A DNA stretch of 64,000 bases from an uncultured Actinomycetes bacterium (lineage in GTDB: Bacteria > Actinomycetota > Actinomycetes > Streptosporangiales > Streptosporangiaceae). Numbering within the stretch: the stretch's first letter is position 1; every line of letters begins with the position of its first letter. The notes under the pieces are model-generated. The model did not search any database. It was not told the DNA's origin and saw nothing but the letters and a program-made list of their open reading frames with translations. Made by a program: the position numbers and the translations under genes. The stretch is taken from positions 13,702 through 77,701 of the forward strand of contig CAWIHB010000012.1 of assembly GCA_963835775.1 (NCBI GenBank). The letters are read 5' to 3'. Positions 28,495 through 38,305 of this stretch are shown piece after piece.

Positions 28495-28725
28495 TCATCG
28501 GCCCGCTGACGGCATGGTCCGGCGCCACCGGCTCAGTGCCTGGCGCACCGCGGTGACGACGTCGGCGACCGAGGCGCACTGGACGATCAGCTTCGGGCGG
28601 TGGTCGATCATCCCATTCCAGACCGACCGGGCGGAGTCGTACCCGCGCGTGCCGGGAGTGAGGACCTGTCCATCGAAGTGCGAACGGTGAACGGTGGTGG
28701 CAGGGAACCGCGCTGTAGTAGTCAT
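28495..28725 (-). pseudogene. FAD-binding (FAD_binding_4/BBE-type) oxidase, N-terminal 76 aa only
   Basis: PGTRGYDSARSVWNGMIDHRPKLIVQCASVADVVTAVRQA. Confidence 0.6.
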
Positions 28726-28789
28726 AGCGCCATGGTCCCCAGGAATCGGGCCCCTTGATAAGGTCCAGTTCTGTGCCGAGTTTGAGGAC

Positions 28790-29035
28790 CAATTTGCCGC
28801 CGGTCTCGGAGCTGGCGATCGACCTGGACCGCGGCGGCGGCGCGCTGCACCGCCAGATCGAGACGTCGATCCGCCAGCGGATCCGCTCGGGAGCCATTCC
28901 TCGTCGGCGGCAACATGGCATCAGCGGCCACAGCGCCCGCCCATCACGCCCCCCGCGAGTTCGGGCTGACCTGCATCCTCGACGGCGAGCCCCTTCGGGG
29001 GTCGGAGCCAGGCCTGTGGGTGGCAGGTGAGGAAG
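28790..29035 (+). pseudogene. MocR/GntR-type wHTH regulator, N-terminal remnant (frameshifted)
   Basis: LAIDLDRGGGALHRQIETSIRQRIRSGAI... and, in another frame, LTCILDGEPLRGSEPGLWVAG. Confidence 0.45.
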
Positions 29036-29048
29036 AATTACCTGGCCG

Positions 29049-29549
29049 TCAGTCTTGCGGGTTCTGGGCGGCCGGCTCCTCGCCGGGCGGGGCGTCGATG
29101 ACCGGGACCGGGTCCAGGCCGAGCTTCTCGGCGATCCGGGTCAGCAGCACGTCCTGGGCGGCTAGATGGCCTTGCACGTGGGCTACCTCGTGCAGCGTCG
29201 CGCTGGCGTCGTGGAAGGTCGCCTCCGCTCGCTTATCCGCCGCGGCAGCCTGCACATTCTGCCCGACCATGATCACCGACAACAGCACCAGCTGCAGGAA
29301 CGTCTGGGCCACCCAGGACACGATCGCCGAAGCGCCGCTGCGGATCGCGGTCGGCAGGCTGATCAGGTCGAACAGCGCGAACGCGTACGCGCACCACATG
29401 CTGCCGACCGCCCGCGTGATCACCAGGGCAACCGTGGTGTTGAACCTGCTCACCGCCGTCCCCCGCGGGAACAGGTCGGATACTTTCACCGGGCGGTCCG
29501 CGCGCCGGGCGGTGATGCGGGGATGGCGTATGTGCTGGTAGATCGTCAT
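29049..29549 (-). CDS. DUF1003-like membrane protein
   Basis: ATG checked at 29549; VSRFNTTVALVITRAVGSMWCAYAFALFDLISL...TFLQLVLLSVIMVGQNVQAAAADKRAE. Confidence 0.7.
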   Translation of the reverse strand: MTIYQHIRHPRITARRADRPVKVSDLFPRGTAVSRFNTTVALVITRAVGSMWCAYAFALFDLISLPTAIRSGASAIVSWVAQTFLQLVLLSVIMVGQNVQAAAADKRAEATFHDASATLHEVAHVQGHLAAQDVLLTRIAEKLGLDPVPVIDAPPGEEPAAQNPQD

Positions 29550-29833
29550 GACCAGGCCTTTCAGCGATCGGGCAGGCTCTTCGCTTCGGGTGGGGAATCG
29601 CCGCCAGAGCCGATATGTGCCCGTGCGGCGGTGTGATGGCAATAGCAGGATCCGATGCGCAACTGGATGTTCGGGGCACCGTCGCCGGGCTGCGCGGGCA
29701 GAACGTCGCTGGTCCTGAGCCGGCTGCCAGGTCCCCTGAGCCATAGACCCCGGTCGGCTCGGGGAACCTGACGAGCGCAGAAGACCAGGTGCCCGCGTCT
29801 GGCCCGGGCGTGAGCCCGGTCTGGTGCCGGTGA

Positions 29834-30298
29834 TTAGGTGATGACCGGCTGGCAGCTGACGGGGAAGCTGACCGAGCGGGCGATAAAGCAGAGCCGGCGG
29901 GCCTCCTGGTGGAGTTCCAGCGCACGGTCCGCCTGGCCTGAATCGGTGATGGCGGCCCGGGGACGGAGGGTCACGGCGGTGAATTCGCCGCCGCCGTCTG
30001 CGCCCTCGGCCATGGTGCCCTGGGCATCATCGGTGTAGGAGATGACCACGATGCCGTTCGCCGCGCACAGGTTGAGGAACCACAGCATGTGGCACTGAGA
30101 CAGCGCGGCGACGAGCAGTTCCTCCGGGTTCCACCGCTTGGGGTCCCCGCGGAAGGCCGGGTCCGAGCTGCCCGGCAGCATCGGCTTGCCGTTGCCCGAC
30201 ACCTCGTGGTCCCGGCTGTAGGAGCGGTAGCCCGCAGTACCCTCACCGAGGTTGCCAGTCCAGGTGATGGTGACCTGATAGCGATGTTCGCGGCCCAT
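29834..30298 (-). CDS. OsmC family peroxiredoxin-like protein
   Basis: WNPEELLVAALSQCHMLWFLNLCAANG...CFIARSVSFPV (two conserved Cys). Confidence 0.85.
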   Translation of the reverse strand: MGREHRYQVTITWTGNLGEGTAGYRSYSRDHEVSGNGKPMLPGSSDPAFRGDPKRWNPEELLVAALSQCHMLWFLNLCAANGIVVISYTDDAQGTMAEGADGGGEFTAVTLRPRAAITDSGQADRALELHQEARRLCFIARSVSFPVSCQPVIT

Positions 30299-30494
30299 CC
30301 GGCCATCCTGTCACGCGGATGACGGGGCGCCGCCCGGTCAGGGCACACACCCATTGGCGGCAACTTCGTCCGGTAGCAGCGGCCGGGCGAAGCTGCTCGT
30401 ATACCACGGCCGTCCTGGCTATGTGGCTCGCAGTCGGCGTGTAACCCCCGGCGCAGACGGGATTCCCGTCCTGTCCGGGCCTACCGCGAAGGCT

Positions 30495-32801
30495 TCAGGC
30501 GGTCGCGGGCGGGCGAGTAACCGATAGTTCCGGCGGAGTCCCGCGATACGCCTCAACCTCCACAAGCGCCAACTGCCCTGTACACCCCTGGCTGAGGCTC
30601 GAGGACGGAAGGTCGGCAGTCAGGACGTTGGGATTCCCATGCCGGCAAAACCCCGGGTCGGCCGGGTCCGGATCGTACCAGGCCCCGGTGGACAACTGGA
30701 CGACCCCGGGACGCACCGCGTCGTCCACGGAAAGCCCGGCCAGGCATGCACCCCGGTCGTTGAAGATCCGCACGAGGTCACCGTCGCGCAGCCCTCGCGC
30801 CTCCGCGTCGGAAGGATGCATCCGCACCGGCTCACGCCCGGCGATCTTGACCGACTGGCTGTGCGCGCCGACATCCAGCTGGCTGTGCAGTCGCGACCGC
30901 GGCTGATTGGCGACCAGCTGCAGGCCGAAGCGCCCCGCGGCCACCGAGCCCAGCCACTCGTCCGGCTCGAGCCAGACCGGGTGGCCCGGGCAGTCCGGGT
31001 ACCCGTATCCGTCGATGGTCGAGGAGAAGATCTCGATCTTCCCGGTCGGCGTGGTGAGCGGATGCTTCTCCGGGTCAAGACGGAACTCAGCGAACGCCAC
31101 CTGCGGCTCGCTGGACACCGGCAGCTCGATGCCATGGCCGGCCCAGAACTCGTCAAAACCCGGAGCCCAAGCCCGGCCCCGCCCCTGCGAAGCGAGCGAA
31201 TCCCGCCACTCGCCATACAGATGCCGCAGCCACTCCATCGCGGTGCGGCCCTCGGTGAAGTCCTTGCCTACACCGAGCCGGTCGGCCAGCTCGGCGAAGA
31301 TGGCGTAGTCGTCCCGGGCCTCGCCGTGCGGCCGGGTCAGCGCGGGCATCGGGAAGAACATCCGGTCGTTCTGCCCGGAGCCGAAGTCGTCACGTTCGAT
31401 GGTCATGGTCACCGGCAGCACGATGTCGGCGTGCCGGGCCGTCGCCGTCCAGAACGAGTCGTGCACCACGACCGCCTCCGGGCGGGTGAAGGCCTCGCGC
31501 AGCCGGGCGAGGTCCTGGTGGTGATGGAACGGGTTGCCGCCGCACCAGTACACGAGCCGGATGTCCGGGTAGGTCAGCCGCTGCCCGTTGTAGTCATAGC
31601 CGGCACCGGGATTCAGCAGCATGTCAGCGATCCGGGCCACCGGGATGAACGTGGAGACGGCGTTCCGGCCCTGCCGCAGCCGCGGCACTCCCACCCGGGG
31701 CGCCGGCTCGCCGACCAGGGCCGCGGACCCGTACCCGTGGCCGAAACCGCCGCCCGGCAGCCCGATCTGGCCGAGCATGGCCGCGAGCACCACGCCGAGC
31801 CACAACGGCTGCTCGCCGTGACGGGCACGCTGCAGCGACCAGCTGACCGTCACCAAGGTGCGGGCGGCAGCCATCTCGCGCGCGAGTTCCCGGATGCGCG
31901 CCGCCGGCACCCCAGTGATCGCCGAAGCCCACGCGGGATCCTTGACGACCCCGTCTGCCTCGCCGCGCAGGTACCGGGCGAACCGCGGGAACCCGACGGT
32001 GTAGCGGTCCAGGAAGCCGACCTCGGCCAGGCCGTCGGCGTCGAGGACCTGGGCCAGCGCGAGCATCAGCGCGGCGTCGGTCCCGGGCCGCGGCGCGATC
32101 CACTCGGCCCGCGCCTCGGCAGGCGTGTCGTCGCGCAGTGGGCTCACGGACACGAACCGGCAGCCCCGGGCCCGCGCGGCGCTGATCCAGCCGCGGGCAT
32201 GATGCCGGGACACCCCGCCCGGCGACACCGCCGCGTTCTTAGGTGACAGCCCGCCGAAGGCGACCACCAGTTCGCTGTGCTCCGCGATCACGGACTTGGC
32301 CGTGGCGTGGGTCTGCAGCACGTTCACGTCGGCGATCACATAGGGCAGCAGCACGGTGGAGGTGCCGAGGCTGTAGCTGTTGACGTGCCGCACGTAGCCG
32401 CCGAGGCAGTTCAGGAACCGGTGCACCTGGCTCTGCGCGTGGTGGAACCGGCCCGCGCTGGCCCAGCCGTACGAGCCGCCGTACACCGCTTCGGCCCCGT
32501 GGTCGCGGTAGACCCGCCGCAGTTCCCCGGATAGCAGGTCCAGTGCGGTGCCCCACGACACCGGCACGAACGGCTCGTCGCCGCGGCCCTTTGCAGCACT
32601 GTCCGGCGCACCCGGCCCGTGGTCCAGCCACCCCTTGCGCACGTGCGGCCGGGCGATGCGCGCCGGGTGATGCTGCGCGGAGGCGACGTTCTCGATCAGC
32701 GGCATCGGCTCCGGATCCCCGCGCCACGGACGCACCTCAGTCAGCCGCTCACCATCGCTGACAGCCTCGAACGTCCCCCAGTGCGTCAGATGCACGGTCA
32801 T
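30495..32801 (-). CDS. molybdopterin-dependent oxidoreductase, BisC/TorZ-like (cytoplasmic biotin/S-/N-oxide reductase type)
   Basis: ATG checked at 32801; MTVHLTHWGTFEAVSDGERL... 768 aa, no twin-arginine signal, typical DMSO-reductase-family length. Confidence 0.85.
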   Translation of the reverse strand: MTVHLTHWGTFEAVSDGERLTEVRPWRGDPEPMPLIENVASAQHHPARIARPHVRKGWLDHGPGAPDSAAKGRGDEPFVPVSWGTALDLLSGELRRVYRDHGAEAVYGGSYGWASAGRFHHAQSQVHRFLNCLGGYVRHVNSYSLGTSTVLLPYVIADVNVLQTHATAKSVIAEHSELVVAFGGLSPKNAAVSPGGVSRHHARGWISAARARGCRFVSVSPLRDDTPAEARAEWIAPRPGTDAALMLALAQVLDADGLAEVGFLDRYTVGFPRFARYLRGEADGVVKDPAWASAITGVPAARIRELAREMAAARTLVTVSWSLQRARHGEQPLWLGVVLAAMLGQIGLPGGGFGHGYGSAALVGEPAPRVGVPRLRQGRNAVSTFIPVARIADMLLNPGAGYDYNGQRLTYPDIRLVYWCGGNPFHHHQDLARLREAFTRPEAVVVHDSFWTATARHADIVLPVTMTIERDDFGSGQNDRMFFPMPALTRPHGEARDDYAIFAELADRLGVGKDFTEGRTAMEWLRHLYGEWRDSLASQGRGRAWAPGFDEFWAGHGIELPVSSEPQVAFAEFRLDPEKHPLTTPTGKIEIFSSTIDGYGYPDCPGHPVWLEPDEWLGSVAAGRFGLQLVANQPRSRLHSQLDVGAHSQSVKIAGREPVRMHPSDAEARGLRDGDLVRIFNDRGACLAGLSVDDAVRPGVVQLSTGAWYDPDPADPGFCRHGNPNVLTADLPSSSLSQGCTGQLALVEVEAYRGTPPELSVTRPPATA

Positions 32802-33037
32802 GCCATCCAGCGTCTCCCAGCCCGCCAATCACATTCAAGAGATTTTTCCGCCGAACGCCCCGTGCCACCTGCACCCACACCGTTCCCTGCGTCTGCGGAA
32901 CTTGCGCCTGAACCGGCCATAAGCCGGAACGCGCTTTAGCTGGGACACCGGGCGGCTCCGACGCGGCGGCCGTGCCGATGCCGGGTCTTTGCACCTTGCA
33001 CCGGGTACGGTGAGGAAAGACACGCCGGTGCTGCGTC

Positions 33038-33770
33038 GTGCTGCGGCGAGGAGGCGCTTTGCGGGAGGACAGACGGCGGACCCGCATTATGGCGGCGGTG
33101 GCCGGGGATGACGTCGCGGCCAGTGCGGGCGAGCTGGTGCAGCGGCTATGCCGGTTCGCGCTGGATGAGATGGCCCTGTCGGGGTGCGCCTTGGTGCTGA
33201 TGTCAGGGTCGGAGTCGGCCAGTGTGCTGGCCGGTGCCGGGCGGCACGCCCAGACGGTTACCGGGCTGCAGATGGAGCTGGGTGAGGGCCCATGCTTGCA
33301 TGCCCATGCCCACGGGATTCCGGTGTTGCTGCCGGACCTGTCATCGGAGAACGCGAAGCGCTGGCCGGCTTTTCGCGGCGGCGGCCCTGGCGGTCGGTGT
33401 GCACGCCGAGTTCTCCCTGCCGTTGACCGTGGGGCCCGGCGGTATCGGCACGCTCGACCTGTGCCGTGACCGGCCGGGCATGCTCAGTGACGAACACCTG
33501 GCCGATGCTCTGGTGACGGCGGAAATCGCCCGTGATGCCGTGCTGTACCAGCAGTACGCCCCGGGTCGTCAAGGCCTGCCGGAGTTGCTGGCGACGGCCG
33601 GCACAGACCGGATTGTGATCCATCAGGCGACCGGGATGATCGCTGTGCAGCTGGATGACACCATCGCGAACGCACTGGCCCGGCTGCGTGCCGCTGCGTT
33701 CGCAAGCGGGCGTTCGATGTACGACGTGGCCCAGGACGTCGTTGAACGGCGGGTGCGGTTCGATGAGTGA
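33038..33770 (+). pseudogene. GAF + ANTAR domain RNA-binding regulator, interrupted by a +1 frameshift in a T4 run (33370-33373)
   Basis: ORF 33038..33469 (GAF: GEGPCLHAHAHGIPVLLPDL...KRWPAF) continues in ORF 33222..33770 (AAAALAVGVHAEF...IVIHQATGMIAVQLDDTIANALARLRAAAFASGRSMYDVAQDVV = ANTAR). Confidence 0.7.
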
Positions 33771-34515
33771 GACCGATCGGGAGCATGACGTTGCCCGTGA
33801 GGCCGTGCTGGCCAAGGCCTTCGTCCGCTTGGCGGACACGCTGTCCAGCGACTTTGACGTCGTTGATTTCCTGCATGGCCTATCCGCCGACTCGGTCGAG
33901 ATTCTCCGGGCCGCGGCAGCCGGGGTGATGCTCGCTGACGCACGCGGTGGGTTGCGGCTGATCGCCTCCTCGGACGAGCGGATGCGGCTGCTCGAGCTCT
34001 TCGAGCTTCAGGGCGCGCAGGGCCCGTGCCTGGACGCGTACTCCTCCGGCCGGGCCATCCAGGCCAGCGCGGCCGACAGCCGCGCCCGCTGGCCGGTCTT
34101 CGCCCCGCGAGCGTCCGGTGCGGGCTTCCAGATGATGTGCGCCGTCCCACTGCGAGTACGCACCGACGTCATCGGCGCCCTGAACCTGTTCCGCGGCAAC
34201 GACGAGCCGTTCACCGGTGCCGAGATGGAGATAGCGCAGGCCATGGCCGAGATGGCCGCGATCGGGCTGATCCAGGAACGGGCGCTCAGGGAACGCAACC
34301 TGCTGGCCGCGCAGCTGCAGGCGGCGCTGAACAGCCGGGTGATCATCGAGCAGGCCAAGGGAATGATCGCCGAGTACCTCGAGATGAGCGTGGACAATGC
34401 GTTCGCGGTGCTGAGGAAGTACGCGCGCCACCACAACCGCAAGCTCTCCGAAGTCGCGGGCAACGTGGTCGACCGGAGGGTCCCGAGAGCCGCGCTGGGC
34501 CAACCACCTGGCTAG
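33763..34515 (+). CDS. GAF + ANTAR domain RNA-binding regulator
   Basis: ATG 33763 overlaps the previous stop; QGPCLDAYSSGRAI...VIIEQAKGMIAEYLEMSVDNAFAVLRKYARHHNRKLSEVAGNVV. Confidence 0.85.
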   Translation: MSETDREHDVAREAVLAKAFVRLADTLSSDFDVVDFLHGLSADSVEILRAAAAGVMLADARGGLRLIASSDERMRLLELFELQGAQGPCLDAYSSGRAIQASAADSRARWPVFAPRASGAGFQMMCAVPLRVRTDVIGALNLFRGNDEPFTGAEMEIAQAMAEMAAIGLIQERALRERNLLAAQLQAALNSRVIIEQAKGMIAEYLEMSVDNAFAVLRKYARHHNRKLSEVAGNVVDRRVPRAALGQPPG

Positions 34516-34520
34516 CATGC

Positions 34521-35200
34521 CTAGGTCTTGTGATCGGACAGGTCACCGTTCCCCCGCCGCGTGTTCGTGGCGCGCCGGATGATCGTCAGGGCGACGGGGA
34601 TGGCGGCGAGACCGGTCAGCCCGCACACCCACAGAGCCCGCTGGAACCCGCCGGTGAGCGCGGCGGCCGTCGCGTAGCCCTGGTGGATGAGTGTGTCGGA
34701 GCGCGAGGCCGCGATGGACGAGGCGACCGCCACGCCGATCGCACCGCCGAGGTTCTGCGAGGTGCTGAGCAGGCCGGAGGCGACTCCCGCGTCGCGTTCG
34801 GTGACACCGGCGAGGGCACCGATGGAGATCGGGATGAAAGCGGAGGCGGTGCCGACGCCGGCGATGAGGAACGGCCCGGCCAGGTCTGGCCAGAAGCTGC
34901 CGTTGGGTGGCGCCTGGGCGGCCCACAGTATCCCGGTGCCGATGAGGGTCATGCCGACGGCCATGACGGCCTTGGCCGAGGTACGCGTCACGATCCTCTG
35001 GGAAAGGCCGGCGCAGGCCAGGGAGGTGACCGAAGCCGTGACCCAGGCCGCACCGGTGGCAAGCGCGGAGAACCTGAGTACCTGCTGCATGTAGAGGGTG
35101 CCCAGGAAGACGAAGGTGTAGAAGCTCGCTCCCAGCAGGAAACCGACCGCGTTCTGCAACCATGAGTTGCAGATCTGCTCGTAATGCGCTACCTTTGGTT
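34521..35200 (-). pseudogene. MFS (DHA2/EmrB-type) transporter, C-terminal half only
   Basis: ...NAVGFLLGASFYTFVFLGTLYMQQVLRFSALATGAAW... about 6 TM helices; no N-terminal half and no credible start. Confidence 0.65.
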
Positions 35201-35306
35201 GCAGTTCGAGGGCACGAGTAAGCGATGACCGAGATGCGATACCAAGCGGCGACCCCGGCGGCCGGCCATGGCCGCCGATGCACTCAAGGGAAAGGACCGG
35301 GTACTG

Positions 35307-35753
35307 ATGGCAGACCTAGTGATCGATCGGGAGGTTCTGATCGAGGCGCCGGTGGGAGTGGTGTGGCGCACCATCACCGAGCCTGACCAGATGAGCCAGT
35401 GGTTCGCCGACCGGGTGGAGCTCGTGGTCGAACCGGGCGCTCACGGTTACATGGAGTTCGGGGACCAGGGCGGCCCGGTCGTCGTGGCGGCGGTCGATCC
35501 GCCGACCCGCTTCTCATTCCGCTGGAACCACCCCCGCGGGGAAGAGCCGGTGGCCGGCAACTCCATGCTGGTCGAGTTCACGCTGACGCCTGAGGGAGAC
35601 GAGCGGACCCGCCTGCGCGTGGTCGAAAGCGGCCACGAACTGCGCGCCTGGGCCGACGCGGAGAAACAGCGTTATGCCGACGAGCACCGGGACGGCTGGG
35701 GCGAGTACCTGGATCGCCTGACCCGGGTGCTCGCGAAGGGGCAGCCGGGATGA
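35307..35753 (+). CDS. SRPBCC (AHSA1/START-like) domain protein
   Basis: ATG checked at 35307; REVLIEAPVGVVWRTITEPDQMSQWFAD... Confidence 0.85.
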   Translation: MADLVIDREVLIEAPVGVVWRTITEPDQMSQWFADRVELVVEPGAHGYMEFGDQGGPVVVAAVDPPTRFSFRWNHPRGEEPVAGNSMLVEFTLTPEGDERTRLRVVESGHELRAWADAEKQRYADEHRDGWGEYLDRLTRVLAKGQPG

Positions 35754-36211
35754 CAGCGCAGGCCGATGACGAGCTGTGGTCGGCCATCGCCGACCCGTCT
35801 CGCCGCCGGGTCCTCGACCTCCTGGTCAGCAACGGTGGGGTCAGCGCCAGCTGGCTGGCCGGGCGGGTCCCGTTCTCCCGCCAGGCCGTCTCCAAGCATC
35901 TGGTCGTGCTCGAACAGGCCGGGTTGATCAGCCGGCGCAAGCAGGGCCGGGAGGTGCTCTACCAGGTGGAAGCCGACCGTCTTGACCAGGCCACGGCGGC
36001 CATGGCTGACCTCGCTGCGCGATGGGACCGGCGGCTCGCCGCGATCAAGCGGCTCGCCGAAGCGGCGCACGCGGAAAACAAGGAGAGAGAAAGCAGTACC
36101 AAGAGGAGACAGTTATGCAGGATGCACCAGCGCACCCGGCGGGCCCGCGGCCGGCGCCGCCAGCGCCCCGAGGCAGGACACTCCGATTATCTCGGCGCAG
36201 CTGAGCTCTGA
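35750..36211 (+). CDS. ArsR/SmtB family transcriptional regulator
   Basis: ATGA overlap with the SRPBCC gene; ADPSRRRVLDLLVSNGGVSASWLAGRVPFSRQAVSKHLVVLEQAGLISRRKQGREVLY; the C-terminal about 45 aa look non-native. Confidence 0.8.
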   Translation: MTAQADDELWSAIADPSRRRVLDLLVSNGGVSASWLAGRVPFSRQAVSKHLVVLEQAGLISRRKQGREVLYQVEADRLDQATAAMADLAARWDRRLAAIKRLAEAAHAENKERESSTKRRQLCRMHQRTRRARGRRRQRPEAGHSDYLGAAEL

Positions 36212-36589
36212 TGCGGTAGCCGCCTGGGCCTGAGTCTGAGTGCTCAAAAGCGGACACAGATATCGAATCAGGGCAATAGACCGAAATAGCTAAATGTAAT
36301 CGTATTCGCACCGTCACGTTTAGCCATTTTAGTGACTAATGCCTCTCGTTGTGTTGCGCTAAGCGATCAGCGGACGGTGAATGGTGCATGGGAAGCGGCT
36401 CGGAAGAAAAGGAGCCGCCGTAGGGAAACTCGGACCTGATCGGCCGCTCAGCCGCAGGTCCGGGACTCCCGCCCGGAGAGAGGAGGCCGGCCGGATGGCA
36501 CGCCTTAAGCGGGCGGTTGGCGTGATGAACGCTCTGGCTGGCTCGGCTGTATTCCGCGATCGCATGACCACCACCGGCTGACCTCGACC

Positions 36590-38134
36590 GTGCAGGCCAC
36601 CCCGACGCCGCGCGCGACGTTCCGCCATGTATTCGCGGTACGCGAGTTCCGTGCCGTGTGGCTGTCGGTCATCTTGTCCGCGGCCGGTGATCGCCTGGCC
36701 CTGGTCGCCCTGGCTGTGCTGGTCTATGACCGGACCCAGTCGCCGCTGCTGGCCGCCCTGGCCTATGCGGCCGGGTACCTGCCCTGGGTGATCGGCGGCC
36801 TTTTCCTCGCCGACCTGGCGGACCGCTGCCCGCGCCGGACGGTGATGGTGGCCTGCGACGCGGCCCGCGCCCTCCTCGTCGCGGCGATGATCGTGCCCGG
36901 CATGCCGGTGGCGGCGCTGGTGCTGCTGCTGTTCGGGGCGACGATGTTCGCTTCGCCGTTCGAGTCGGCCCGCGCCTCCATCACCCCGGGTATCCTGCCC
37001 GGCGAGCACTACGCACTGGGCACCGCGGTAATCCAGACCACCTACCTGACCGCCGAGGTGGCCGGCGCGGCCGTCGGGGGAGCCACGGTTACCTTCCTCG
37101 GCGTGCGGCCCTCGCTGCTCATCGATGCGGTCACGTTCGTGGCTTCCGGCCTCCTGATCGGGCTGGGCACCCGGGCCAGGCCCGCCGTGGCCCGGGTGGG
37201 CGCAGGTCAGGGCTCGCCGCTGGGACGGGCGGCCGCTGGGCTGCGGCTGGTGTTCGGCGACCGGGCGCTGCGGACGCTCGTACTGCTTGGCTGGCTGGTG
37301 GTCTTCTACACGATCCCGCAGGGCATTGCCGCCCCCTACGCGGCCCGGCTCGGCGGCGGCCCGGTCGCCACCGGGCTGGTGCTGGCGTCCACGGCGGCCG
37401 CCACGGCGATCGCCACGCCGTTGTTCAGCCGGTTCGTCAGCCCCCACCGGCGGCTGGCGCTGATGGGGCCGCTGGCCATGGCCACGTGCGCCACTCTCGT
37501 CCTGACGGCGCTCCGCCCGGGCCTGGCCGTGTCGCTGGTGATCTTCTCCGCCGCGGCCGCGGCCGGCGTCTATCAGCTCGCGGTCAACACCGCCTTCGTG
37601 GTCAGGGTGCCCGACGAGCGCCGGGCCCAGGCGTTCGGCATCGCGAGCATGGGCGTCGTCGTCGCCCAGGGGGCCGCGTTCGTGGGGGCCGGCGCCGCCG
37701 CGGAGGTGGTGACCCCGGAATCCGTCGTCGCCGCGGGCGGCGGAATCGGCGCGGTGGCGGCCTTCGCCCTGACCCTCAGCTGGCGGCGCGTGACCTCGCC
37801 GCAACGGCGTGGACGTGGCTATGCGGCGCTCGCAGAACCAGGTCACCCGCCATCGGGCGGGCACTGCAGGCGGTTCTATGGGGAAGGGCGCCACGTCGAG
37901 CCGCTGAGTTCGGCCTGGGTCGCCGGCCGTGGGCGGGAGCGCCACCTCGTACCTGCGGCCGGTCCGTGCCGTCCGTCCCATCGCACCGCCGGGCAGGCTC
38001 CGCGGCCCGGTCGCCCGGCTGGGCATGCGGCACGAGGCGATGTGTCACGCCCGCACCGGCACATGGCCAGCGGGTCGCTAGTTCAGCTGGGCACGGCAGG
38101 GCCAACGGCGGGCAGCGCGGCGCCATCGAATTAG
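36590..38134 (+). CDS. MFS transporter (EntS/enterobactin-exporter-like), with an Arg/Pro-rich about 100-aa run-on tail
   Basis: GTG 36590; 12 hydrophobic segments up to about residue 405 (...AAFALTLSWRRV). The remaining ORF to the TAG at 38132 is low-complexity. Confidence 0.8.
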   Translation: MQATPTPRATFRHVFAVREFRAVWLSVILSAAGDRLALVALAVLVYDRTQSPLLAALAYAAGYLPWVIGGLFLADLADRCPRRTVMVACDAARALLVAAMIVPGMPVAALVLLLFGATMFASPFESARASITPGILPGEHYALGTAVIQTTYLTAEVAGAAVGGATVTFLGVRPSLLIDAVTFVASGLLIGLGTRARPAVARVGAGQGSPLGRAAAGLRLVFGDRALRTLVLLGWLVVFYTIPQGIAAPYAARLGGGPVATGLVLASTAAATAIATPLFSRFVSPHRRLALMGPLAMATCATLVLTALRPGLAVSLVIFSAAAAAGVYQLAVNTAFVVRVPDERRAQAFGIASMGVVVAQGAAFVGAGAAAEVVTPESVVAAGGGIGAVAAFALTLSWRRVTSPQRRGRGYAALAEPGHPPSGGHCRRFYGEGRHVEPLSSAWVAGRGRERHLVPAAGPCRPSHRTAGQAPRPGRPAGHAARGDVSRPHRHMASGSLVQLGTAGPTAGSAAPSN

Positions 38135-38165
38135 GCGCCATCGAATTAGGCGCCATCGAATCAGC
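38119..38165. repeat. 15-bp tandem repeat cgccatcgaattagg x3.1
   Basis: Units at 38121, 38136 and 38151. The first unit contains the TAG that closes the MFS ORF. Confidence 0.9.
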
Positions 38166-38305
38166 CGTAGACCGCCAGCCGCGTTACATCTGACCAGGCG
38201 TACCCTACGAACGAGCCGGATGGGCGGCGATTTCGCGGCGACGGCCTGGTCTATATATGCGGCCAGCGGGGTCGCTGGCCATCGCGGACAAGTTGGGGTA
38301 AGCCG

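Noticed and set aside
32802-33088. Moco riboswitch or ANTAR dual-hairpin in the leader of the Mo-oxidoreductase
   Set aside because: I could not find the conserved Moco motif elements or paired hexaloop hairpins by eye. It cannot be excluded without a covariance-model search, so it is not reported as a feature.
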